Assembly: GCA_964512645.1 (NCBI GenBank)
Contig: CAZEJS010000010.1
Span: 7,022 to 71,021 of the forward strand
DNA: 64,000 nucleotides
Source: an uncultured Acidimicrobiales bacterium
GTDB lineage: Bacteria; Actinomycetota; Geothermincolia; Fen-727; Anoxymicrobiaceae
Direction of reading: 5' to 3'
The notes beneath the pieces were generated by a model, which saw nothing but the letters and a program-made list of their open reading frames with translations, had not been told where the DNA came from and made no database searches. Shown here one piece after another: positions 54,312 to 62,600 of the stretch; within the stretch, counting starts at the first letter, position 1, and each line of letters starts with the position of its first letter. Position numbers and translations under genes: made by a program.

Positions 54312-56406
54312 TCTTACGCTCCGCTCGTGAATCCGGGTAGTCCACGCGTGGGTGGTACGACCCGATGAGCATCCGCTCGAATATCGCCTTGATCTTGTTC
54401 AGTTCCTCGAAGGTCAGCGGGCACTCGTCCAGCTGGCCGTCTTCGAGCTTGTCGTCGACTACTTTCTCCACCATCTGCTGGATCGACACCGCTGTAGGGT
54501 TCTCCAGCGTTCTCGCCGTGGCCTCTACCGCGTCGGCCAGCATTACGATCCCGGCGGTCCTCCTCCGCGGCTTCGTGTAATGGTACCTGAACCTTTCGAT
54601 GTCCACCGGCTTTCCGCCTTCGAGCGCCGCCTGGTAGAAGTACCTCACAACGCTGGTGCCGTGGTGCTCCCTGACGATCTCCACGAGGTCGGGTGGAAAG
54701 TGGTGTTTCTCCAGCATTTCCACCCCGTCTCTCACGTGAGAGGTGATGATGAGCAGGCTCAGGTTCGGGCTGAGCCCCCCGTGGGGGTTCTCCCCGGGCT
54801 GCTGGTTCTCCACGAAATACTGCGGCTTGGCGATCTTTCCTATATCGTGGTAGTAGGCGGCCACCCTCGCAAGCATCGGGTCGCTGCCGATCTCACGGGC
54901 GGCCGCCTCGGCGAGGTTCGCCACCATGACGCTGTGGGAGTATGTGCCCGGCGCCTTGAGCGTGAGCAGCTTCATCAGCTCCTGGTCCGGCGCCGCCAGC
55001 TCCAGCAGCCAGGTATTGGTGGTGACCCGGAACGTCGTCTCCAGGAACGGCAGTGATCCCAGGGCGACTATCGTGCACACCGCCCCGTTGAGAAACCCTA
55101 TGCCGGTATTCAACAGGATGTCGGTACCGCCCTGGGTAAGAGCGGTCGCGCCGAACGCTACTCCCGCGGTCCAGAACGAAGTGTAGAGCCCGACCCTCCG
55201 CAGCTCGTGTCGGGTCGACGTGCGCGATGCGTACAGCGACGGGAAGATTCCGCCGAGGATGGTCAGCAGCATGATCGAGAAATCACCCTTGGTCACGACG
55301 CCGGCGATCAGCCCGCACAGCGCAACCGAGACCAGGGCTGTTCCGCTGTCGAACAGCACCGCGACGATAATGGCGATTGCGGCCGAGGGCATGAGATACC
55401 CCCAGAACGAAGACCAGCTCCTCGACGCGAAAGTCAGCAGGTTGGCGAAGATCGCAAACGCGGTGATCGACGACCCGAGGAGCAGCAGCAGGCCCGGGCT
55501 GTCGTAGTACATCCTGCGGAACTTCGCCAGATACATCGCCATCGCGGCCATCAACAGCACCACCAGGACTGAGACGTAGAGCATGTTCAGCGGCGAGAAG
55601 CTCCACCCGGTGAAACCCAGGCTCTTCAGCAGGTCGTAGACCTCGGGTGTCACGACCGTGCCCCTGCGCACTATGATCTCGCCTTCCAGCCGGGTGGTAA
55701 CGACCGGCTTCACCGCTTTCCGGGCGGCCTGCCTGCGGCCTTCGGTCTCGGCCTGGTCGGCTATGAGGTTGGGCTTCATCGCCACAGCGGCGACCGACTG
55801 CGCGGCCTGCCGTATGTCGGGGTCGTCGGTCTGGCCGCTTATGCGGGCGCTCGCGGACTTCACCGCGGCCTCGACCTCACCGCCGTGGACACCGTGCTCC
55901 ATCTCCGCGACGACGGCGCTCGTTACCACCTGGCGTGCCGCGGCTCTCTGTTCTGGAGCAAGGGCGACGAGCTGCCCCAGGGCGCCGGCGTAGGCCTTGT
56001 CCTCGAGCTTCTCCTCCCCCAGGGTCGTGCGCTCCGCGTCGTCACCCGCGAGCGCCGTCACCTCGTCGGCGATGGCGAATACCCTGTCGATGGCCGCGAC
56101 AACGTTCCCGGCCACTTTCTCGTCGGTTACGTACACTTCACTGAGCGCCGCTGCGGCGGCGTCCTGCTGCTCCTGCGTCCTGCTCCTGTCGACGTACTGC
56201 ACGGTCGAAGGCGCGACGATGGTCCTGGGGCTGGCTTTTTCCGCCTCCACCTGATACCCGTACGGCGCGATCTCCGTGGTGATTATCAAAACGAGCATAA
56301 CGAAGATAGCAAGCGCCACGACCAGGCGCTTTCGCGCCAGCGAGACCCTGTCGGCGCGCTTTCTCAGCGACGCGATCAGGTCGAGGTATCTCTTTCTGTA
56401 GCTCAT
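54247..56406 (-). CDS. 7TM-receptor with intracellular HD hydrolase (PgpH/YqfF-like)
   Basis: Large extracellular N-domain, 7 TM, HD domain (HSVMVANLAE...YYHDIGK); start taken at MSYRKRYL (ATG 56406), 1 nt after the phoH stop. Confidence 0.8.
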   Translation of the reverse strand: MSYRKRYLDLIASLRKRADRVSLARKRLVVALAIFVMLVLIITTEIAPYGYQVEAEKASPRTIVAPSTVQYVDRSRTQEQQDAAAAALSEVYVTDEKVAGNVVAAIDRVFAIADEVTALAGDDAERTTLGEEKLEDKAYAGALGQLVALAPEQRAAARQVVTSAVVAEMEHGVHGGEVEAAVKSASARISGQTDDPDIRQAAQSVAAVAMKPNLIADQAETEGRRQAARKAVKPVVTTRLEGEIIVRRGTVVTPEVYDLLKSLGFTGWSFSPLNMLYVSVLVVLLMAAMAMYLAKFRRMYYDSPGLLLLLGSSITAFAIFANLLTFASRSWSSFWGYLMPSAAIAIIVAVLFDSGTALVSVALCGLIAGVVTKGDFSIMLLTILGGIFPSLYASRTSTRHELRRVGLYTSFWTAGVAFGATALTQGGTDILLNTGIGFLNGAVCTIVALGSLPFLETTFRVTTNTWLLELAAPDQELMKLLTLKAPGTYSHSVMVANLAEAAAREIGSDPMLARVAAYYHDIGKIAKPQYFVENQQPGENPHGGLSPNLSLLIITSHVRDGVEMLEKHHFPPDLVEIVREHHGTSVVRYFYQAALEGGKPVDIERFRYHYTKPRRRTAGIVMLADAVEATARTLENPTAVSIQQMVEKVVDDKLEDGQLDECPLTFEELNKIKAIFERMLIGSYHPRVDYPDSRAERKNGRKGKDRPAGGDDKAVAGAT

Positions 56407-56407
56407 G

Positions 56408-57391
56408 TCATCCGCCGGAAGGGCCCGGGTCCCCCTGCGACTCGTACTTCTTGTAAGCCTCGACAATCTGCTGGACGATCTTGTGCCGGACAACGTCACG
56501 CGCGTCGAGGTTCACGAACGAGACGCCGTCTATGTCCCGCAGTATCTCCCGAACGACCTTCAGGCCGGAGGAGACCTCCTTGGGAAGGTCCACCTGGGTG
56601 ACGTCCCCGGTTATGACCGCCCTGCTCCCGAAGCCCAGTCTGGTGAGAAACATCTTCATCTGCTCCGGGCTGGTGTTCTGGGCTTCGTCCAGGATGATGA
56701 AGGAATCGTTCAAGGTCCTTCCCCGCATGAACCCGAGGGGCGCCACTTCGATAATCCCCTGGTCCGTCATCCGGTGGAACTTCTCGGCCCCGAGCATCTC
56801 GTAGAGCGCATCGTAGAGGGGCCTCAGGTAAGGGTCGACCTTCTGGTACAGGTCCCCGGGCAGGAAACCGAGCCTCTCCCCCGCTTCGACCGCGGGCCTG
56901 GTCAGGATCAGCCTGTTGACTTTCCGGTCCAGGAGACACTGCACCGCGTACGCCAGCCCCAGGTAAGTCTTCCCCGTCCCCGCCGGTCCGATGCTGAACA
57001 CGATGGTGGAGGTACGCATCACCTCCACGTATTTCTTCTGGCCCAGGGTCTTCGGCCGGATTACCTTTCCCCTGGCCGTCAGCACAGCGTCGCGAAACAG
57101 GTCGGTGGGCTTCAGCTCCTCGCCGCGCCGGACCATGTCAATGGCAATCGACAGGTTCTCAGGGGTTATCACCAACCCGGCTTCGAGAAGCTCGACGAGC
57201 TCCTCGAAGAGGGTCGTACACAGCCCCGCTTCCGTGGCGTCACCGCTGATGTCGATCTCGTTGCCCCTGGCAAACACGCTGCAGGCGAAAGCCTCGGCAA
57301 CCACGTTGAGGAACCTGTCCTCCTGCCCGAGAAGCGCTACCATGGGCAGGTTGTGAGGGACCACCAGCTTGATTTCGGCATGTTCAGGCAC
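56408..57391 (-). CDS. phoH: PhoH-family ATPase
   Basis: Walker A GPAGTGKTYL, DEAQN. Confidence 0.9.
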   Translation of the reverse strand: MPEHAEIKLVVPHNLPMVALLGQEDRFLNVVAEAFACSVFARGNEIDISGDATEAGLCTTLFEELVELLEAGLVITPENLSIAIDMVRRGEELKPTDLFRDAVLTARGKVIRPKTLGQKKYVEVMRTSTIVFSIGPAGTGKTYLGLAYAVQCLLDRKVNRLILTRPAVEAGERLGFLPGDLYQKVDPYLRPLYDALYEMLGAEKFHRMTDQGIIEVAPLGFMRGRTLNDSFIILDEAQNTSPEQMKMFLTRLGFGSRAVITGDVTQVDLPKEVSSGLKVVREILRDIDGVSFVNLDARDVVRHKIVQQIVEAYKKYESQGDPGPSGG

Positions 57392-57451
57392 TGCAGGCTC
57401 TCCGCTCGGGGTCGAACCCGGCCGGCCTCATCTCTCGCCGGGCGCGGGAAA

Positions 57452-57898
57452 TCATTTCTGGAGGGCTTCGCGAACGAGCCGGTTCACCTTCTTCCCGTCC
57501 GCCTTTCCTTTCACCTTGGGCATGACCGCGCTCATTACCCGTCCGAGGTCCGAGGGCGCGGAGGCCCCCACTTCCCGTATGGTTTCCGCCACGACGCGCG
57601 CGACCTCGTCTTCGCCCATCTGCCGGGGAAGATACGCCTCGAGGACCTTCAACTCCTCGGTCTCCCTGTCCACCAGGTCCTGGCGTCCGCCGCGAGTGAA
57701 ACCCTCGATGGCCTCTTTTCTCTTCCTGGCCTCCCTGGCCGCGACCTGCAGCTCCTCCTCCTCGGTCAGCTCTTCTCGCTTGGCTATCCGCGCGTTCTTG
57801 AGCTCGGCAAGCAGCATCCTCAGCGTGGACAGCTTGAGCTTCTGCCCTTCTTTCAGCGCGTTCCTGCTGTCTTCCTCCACCTTCTCAACAAGGGTCAT
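57452..57898 (-). CDS. yqeY: GatB/YqeY-domain protein
   Basis: 148-aa acidic helical protein that matches the YqeY family. Confidence 0.75.
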   Translation of the reverse strand: MTLVEKVEEDSRNALKEGQKLKLSTLRMLLAELKNARIAKREELTEEEELQVAAREARKRKEAIEGFTRGGRQDLVDRETEELKVLEAYLPRQMGEDEVARVVAETIREVGASAPSDLGRVMSAVMPKVKGKADGKKVNRLVREALQK

Positions 57899-57917
57899 GC
57901 GATCACTCTCTCGTAAC

Positions 57918-58271
57918 TCATCCCGGCGGCCACCCCATGAACCGGCCCCCGAGCAGGTGAAAATGGAGGTGGTCCACGGCCTGGCCCGCCTCTTCCCCGA
58001 TGTTGGCCACCAGCCGGTACCCTCTCTGCGATATGCCCTCGCTGACTGCGATGTCTTTCACCAGGGAGAATATGTCCGAGAGTATCTCGCAGCTGTCCGG
58101 GGCCGCCACCATCTCGGCGATAGTGGGTATGTGTTCTCTGGGAACGATGAGCACGTGCACCGGGGCCTGCGGGCTGACGTCCCTGAATGCGACGGCACGG
58201 GGCCGTTCGTCCACCAGCTCGCTGCCGATCTCCTTGTTCACTATCCTGCAGAACAGGCAACTCTCGGCCAA
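57918..58271 (-). CDS. HIT-family (histidine triad) protein
   Basis: HVHFHLLGG histidine triad. Confidence 0.85.
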   Translation of the reverse strand: MAESCLFCRIVNKEIGSELVDERPRAVAFRDVSPQAPVHVLIVPREHIPTIAEMVAAPDSCEILSDIFSLVKDIAVSEGISQRGYRLVANIGEEAGQAVDHLHFHLLGGRFMGWPPG

Positions 58272-58289
58272 AACCTCTTCCTCCTGTGC

Positions 58290-59552
58290 CTACCGGTCCT
58301 CCCGCACGAGGCGCCCTTCCAGCCAATCCGGGCCCGCCTCCGTCACCTCTACGCGGACCTTCCTGCCCAGAAGCTCGCCGGACCCGGCGAACACCACGCC
58401 GGCGAAATTCCTCGAGCGCCCGAACATGGTTCCGGGCCTGGTACTCAAAGGGCCCTCCACCAGTACCTGGATTATACGACCAACAAATCCCTCGTGGAAC
58501 ATGGAGGCGCACCGGCGGCCGATCCGCCTGACCTCCGCGGCCCTCCCGTCTTTCACTTCCGGGGCGACGGTGTCTCCCATCTCGAAGGCGCGGGTGCCGG
58601 GCCGCGGGGAGTACTTGAAGACGTGAAGCCTGGAGAACGCGATCCTCTCGATCACCCCGAGCGTCTCCCGGTGATGCTCCTCCGTCTCTCCCGGGAAGCC
58701 GACCATGATGTCGCCGGAAACCGCCAGGTCTTCCACCGCGCCCCTCAGATCCGACACTGCGCGTTCGAACTCCCCCGCGGTGTAGCCGCGTCCCATCCGG
58801 GCAAGGACCTCGTCCGAGCCGCTCTGCACCGGCAGGTGCAGGTGTTCGCAGAGACGTCCGGTGTTCATCTGTTCGATCACCGTCTCATCTACATCACCGA
58901 ACTCGATAGAGCTCAACCTCAGCCAGGTGTCCCCACAGGCACGGGATACCTCCTCGACGAGGCGCCCCACCCCCTCCCCCGAGGAAGGCTCCCGGTAAGA
59001 GCCCAGGTCTATTCCGCACAGTATGATCTCCCCGGTTCCGCCCGCGCACAGGGCTTCCGCCTGTCTTGCGACTTCCCTGGAACACCGGCTGAACGGCCGG
59101 GGCCTCAAGTACGGGACGATGCAGTAGGCACAGAACCTGCTGCAACCGTCCTGCACCTTCAGCGGAACCCGCACCAGCTCCCCCGGGTCCACTTCTCGAA
59201 AAGGGACACCCTCACGTTCGTCACCCAGGGCCGCGCCTATCATCGAGGCTTTGGCAGCGTTCGGGAACAGTTCCATGACCCGCTTGCCGCTCCAGGCGGA
59301 CAGGTCGTAATCGACGCCGCAACCGGTGACCAGCACGCGCGCGCCCTCCAGGGCCGCCCTCCTGGCAGCTTTCCTCGACTTCCTCATGCCTTCCGCCGTC
59401 ACGGCGCATGTGTTGACCACCCACACGTCCGGCGTCTCCCCGCTGCCGGCCCTCTTCAATCCCCTGTCTCTCAAGTCGCTCTCGAGCTGCAGGGAATCGG
59501 CCCGGTTCACCCTGCAACCGAGCGTGGTGACGCGGTACGTCGCCTCAACCAT
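58290..59552 (-). CDS. mtaB: Radical SAM methylthiotransferase, MtaB-like (tRNA t6A37 methylthiotransferase)
   Basis: N-terminal MTTase cysteines, CAYCIVP radical SAM motif, TRAM C-terminus; context rsmE-mtaB as in the Bacillus yqeU-yqeV cluster. Confidence 0.7.
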   Translation of the reverse strand: MVEATYRVTTLGCRVNRADSLQLESDLRDRGLKRAGSGETPDVWVVNTCAVTAEGMRKSRKAARRAALEGARVLVTGCGVDYDLSAWSGKRVMELFPNAAKASMIGAALGDEREGVPFREVDPGELVRVPLKVQDGCSRFCAYCIVPYLRPRPFSRCSREVARQAEALCAGGTGEIILCGIDLGSYREPSSGEGVGRLVEEVSRACGDTWLRLSSIEFGDVDETVIEQMNTGRLCEHLHLPVQSGSDEVLARMGRGYTAGEFERAVSDLRGAVEDLAVSGDIMVGFPGETEEHHRETLGVIERIAFSRLHVFKYSPRPGTRAFEMGDTVAPEVKDGRAAEVRRIGRRCASMFHEGFVGRIIQVLVEGPLSTRPGTMFGRSRNFAGVVFAGSGELLGRKVRVEVTEAGPDWLEGRLVREDR

Positions 59553-60312
59553 CGTTCCCCCCGGCGCCGGGGGCCAGCAGCCCGTAGTGGTTCCTTGTGA
59601 TGGCCGCCGCGACGGGCCCGGCGCTGCGAGCCCTAAGGTTCAGCAGCCCCAGGCTCACTGTCCTGGCGCCCAACGACCGCAGTACGCTTATCTCCGCGGG
59701 GTCCAGCCCGCCCTCCGGACCGGCTATCAGGGCAACCGAAATCGGCGTAGCCGCGGCAGGCAAGGCTTCGGAGAGGGGCACCTCCTTCTCTTCTTCCCAC
59801 AGGACCAGCCTGCACGCGGTCTTGCCCAGCACAGACTCGTCCAGCTCCTCGACGGGGCTTCGCATCTCCAGCGGGTACGGCCTGCGCGACAGCCTCGAGC
59901 TCTCCCTTGCTATGGCGCTCCAGCGACCGATCCTGTTCTTTCCCCTGGTCAACGCCTCAAGGGGCGACCGCCTTCCGGCGTAGGGCACTATCCGCGAGAT
60001 ACCCACCTCGGCGGCGTACGAGACAAGCTCATCCATTGCGGCGTTCTTTCCCATTGCCTGGAAAAGCACGACCTGGGGACGCTCCGGGGCATGGTAGGCG
60101 TTCGAATGAAGGCTCACGGTCACCCGGTCCTGGAGGGACCCGGTGAGGCTCGTCGTGTAGACCGTTCCCATTGCGTCGCAGATTAGAACTGTGTCACCGA
60201 CCCTGGCGCGGAGCGACTTCACCAGGTGCCTCGCGTCGGCTCCCCGCAGGTGCGCGACCCCGCGGTCCAGGTCTATCAGTTCTGGTTCTACGTAGAAAAG
60301 AGGAAGTCCCAT
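59545..60312 (-). CDS. rsmE: 16S rRNA (uracil1498-N3)-methyltransferase
   Basis: PUA-like N-terminus and SPOUT C-terminal domain (VALIAGPEGG). Confidence 0.85.
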   Translation of the reverse strand: MGLPLFYVEPELIDLDRGVAHLRGADARHLVKSLRARVGDTVLICDAMGTVYTTSLTGSLQDRVTVSLHSNAYHAPERPQVVLFQAMGKNAAMDELVSYAAEVGISRIVPYAGRRSPLEALTRGKNRIGRWSAIARESSRLSRRPYPLEMRSPVEELDESVLGKTACRLVLWEEEKEVPLSEALPAAATPISVALIAGPEGGLDPAEISVLRSLGARTVSLGLLNLRARSAGPVAAAITRNHYGLLAPGAGGNDG

Positions 60313-60321
60313 CTCGGGCAG

Positions 60322-61440
60322 TCAGCTTGTTCGGGGCACCCGGCCGGGTTGCCTGCTGGCCTTCTCCTTCCGCGCGGTGCGATAGGCCTCCAGCACCTTT
60401 TTCTGCTCTGCGCTGAGCTTCCTGGGGACCGTGATGTCAATGGCCACGTAGAGATCTCCTCTCCTGCCGCCGTATCTCGGGGGAAGTCCCAGCCCTTTCG
60501 CCACTAGAGTATCTCCTGGCTGGGTGCCCGAGGGCACCTTGAGCTCGTGGGACCCTTCCACCGTCGGGACCTCAACGTGCGCGCCCAGCGCGGCGTCGAC
60601 CATGTCAACGGGCACCTTTGTGAACAACCTGGTACCGTCTCGTTCAAACCTCTGATCGCGCCGGACGTCAATAGCGACGTACAGATCACCACCCGGCCCT
60701 CCCCTGGCTCCCCCTTCGCCTTTGTCCCGGACTCTCAGCCGATCTCCACGCTCCACCCCGGGCGGAACCGACACCTGGATCCTCTCGGTGACCTGCCGTC
60801 GAGCCGCGCCGCGACATTCCTCACACGGCTCGAGTATCAGCTCGCCCTCCCCGCCGCACCTTGAGCAGGCCTGTGTCCGTATGAACGTCCCGAACATGCT
60901 CCGCTGCGACCTCCTGATCTCGCCGGTGCCCCCGCAGCCGTCACATCGCCCCATCTTGGTACCCGGGACCCTGCCGGACCCCCCACAGGCCTCACATGTG
61001 GCCATTCGCGTTATCTCCAGCTCCTTCTCGGTGCCGGTGAGGACGTCCTCGAGGCCCACCTCCATGACCACTTCCATGTCTCTTCCGCGCTCGCGCCCGC
61101 GGCGCTTCCCCCGCCGCCCGAATGGGGCGCCGAACCCTTCCCCGAAAAAGGCGTCGAACAGGTCGGATACGGAGGTGAAACCCTCGAAGCCGGTTCCGGC
61201 GCCACGCCTCAGCCCGTCCAGACCGAAAGCGTCGTACGCCCGTCGTCTCTCGGGGTCGGAAAGGATCTCGTAGGCGAAGGTGAGCTCCTTGAACTTGTGC
61301 TCTGAGTCGGGATCGGAGTGCGCGACATCAGGATGGCATTCCTTGGCCTTCGTGCGATAGGCGCTCTTTATCTCGTCGGAGCCCGCGGCGTTGGAAACGC
61401 CGAGTATTTCGTAAAGGTCCCTGTCGATGTCGTTATGCAT
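60322..61440 (-). CDS. dnaJ: Molecular chaperone DnaJ
   Basis: J-domain with HPD, G/F region, four CxxCxGxG zinc-finger repeats. Confidence 0.9.
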   Translation of the reverse strand: MHNDIDRDLYEILGVSNAAGSDEIKSAYRTKAKECHPDVAHSDPDSEHKFKELTFAYEILSDPERRRAYDAFGLDGLRRGAGTGFEGFTSVSDLFDAFFGEGFGAPFGRRGKRRGRERGRDMEVVMEVGLEDVLTGTEKELEITRMATCEACGGSGRVPGTKMGRCDGCGGTGEIRRSQRSMFGTFIRTQACSRCGGEGELILEPCEECRGAARRQVTERIQVSVPPGVERGDRLRVRDKGEGGARGGPGGDLYVAIDVRRDQRFERDGTRLFTKVPVDMVDAALGAHVEVPTVEGSHELKVPSGTQPGDTLVAKGLGLPPRYGGRRGDLYVAIDITVPRKLSAEQKKVLEAYRTARKEKASRQPGRVPRTS

Positions 61441-61467
61441 CAGATCCGTTTCCGCCTGGAGCCGGGC

Positions 61468-62505
61468 TCAATCCCTTGGTGTATACAGGGTGCGCCCGAG
61501 GTTGTCCGCCATGAACTGAACCATCCCGATCGTCCTCGCGTAGTCCATCGAAGTGGGACCTACGACCCCGAGAGACCCCAGCAGCCCGTCTCCTACCGGG
61601 TAGCTGGTGCCGACGAACGAGTACCGCTGAAGCTCCCTCAGCCTGTTCTCCTCCCCGATTCGCACCGTGAGCCTGCGCTCTCTGAGGAGGTCCTTGAGCA
61701 GGTCCAGTATGAAGTACTGTTTTTCCATCGCCTCGAGAAGCACCTGCGCCCATTGGGGCCCTTCGTTGCCCATCTCGCGGACTATGTTCGCGGTTCCCCC
61801 GATGAACACCCTCTCCTCTATCGACCCGAGGTAGTCTCTAACCGCCACGAGAACGTCGGCCAGCAACTTCTTGCCGGGGCCGCCGAACCTGGCCTTCCGC
61901 GCCACGGCCTCGCCGTCGATCCGGTCGAGAGACAGGCCGCACAACGCCCTGTTGGCGTAGGCGCATACGCGTGACATCGTATCAGCCGTCAATCGCACCG
62001 GCGCCCGCACGAGCTGCCGCCCGACCTGCCCCTTGGAGGTAATGACGATGACCATCGCCCTCTCATCGCTCAGCCTGACTATATCCACGTGCCTGACCGA
62101 ATCGGCGCGGCTGAACGGCGCGAAGACTATGGCCGTTGTATGGGTCAGACTGGAGAGCAGCAGCGACGCCTCGTGAAACAGCCCTTCGATCTCACGCGTT
62201 TGTGCGGCGAAAAGGGTTTCGATCGCCTCCGCGTCTCGTCCGACGGGTTTCTCCCCGCCAACCAGCACGTCGACGTAAAGCCTGTAGGCGATGTCGGTGG
62301 GCACCCTTCCGGCGGAGGTGTGCGGCTGTCGGAGGTAGCCCAGGTCCTCCAGCAGCGCAAGCTCGTGCCTTATGGTGGCGGTGCTCAAGCCCAGGTCGAG
62401 GGCGCGGGCGATGGAGTTCGAGCCGACCGGCTTGCCACTGAGTATGAAGCTCTGGACTACCGCCAGCAGTATCTTCTGCTTTCTCTCGTCCAGGATCGAG
62501 CTCAT
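61468..62505 (-). CDS. hrcA: Heat-inducible transcription repressor HrcA
   Basis: N-terminal winged HTH, HrcA C-terminal domain. Confidence 0.9.
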   Translation of the reverse strand: MSSILDERKQKILLAVVQSFILSGKPVGSNSIARALDLGLSTATIRHELALLEDLGYLRQPHTSAGRVPTDIAYRLYVDVLVGGEKPVGRDAEAIETLFAAQTREIEGLFHEASLLLSSLTHTTAIVFAPFSRADSVRHVDIVRLSDERAMVIVITSKGQVGRQLVRAPVRLTADTMSRVCAYANRALCGLSLDRIDGEAVARKARFGGPGKKLLADVLVAVRDYLGSIEERVFIGGTANIVREMGNEGPQWAQVLLEAMEKQYFILDLLKDLLRERRLTVRIGEENRLRELQRYSFVGTSYPVGDGLLGSLGVVGPTSMDYARTIGMVQFMADNLGRTLYTPRD

Positions 62506-62532
62506 TTCGCGTCTTCTCCTTCCCGCGGTGTA

Positions 62533-62562
62533 ATTCTAGCACTCGCGAAGGCAGACTGCTAA
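62533..62562 (-). promoter_or_regulatory. CIRCE operator overlapping the hrcA promoter
   Basis: CTAGCACTC-N9-GACTGCTAA (62536-62562) against the consensus TTAGCACTC-N9-GAGTGCTAA. On the minus strand -35 TTAGCA, 18-nt spacer, -10 TAGAAT overlap the inverted repeat. Confidence 0.85.
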
Positions 62563-62600
62563 ACGCGCATGCCGGCACATGCCGGCGATCCGCCCACGGT

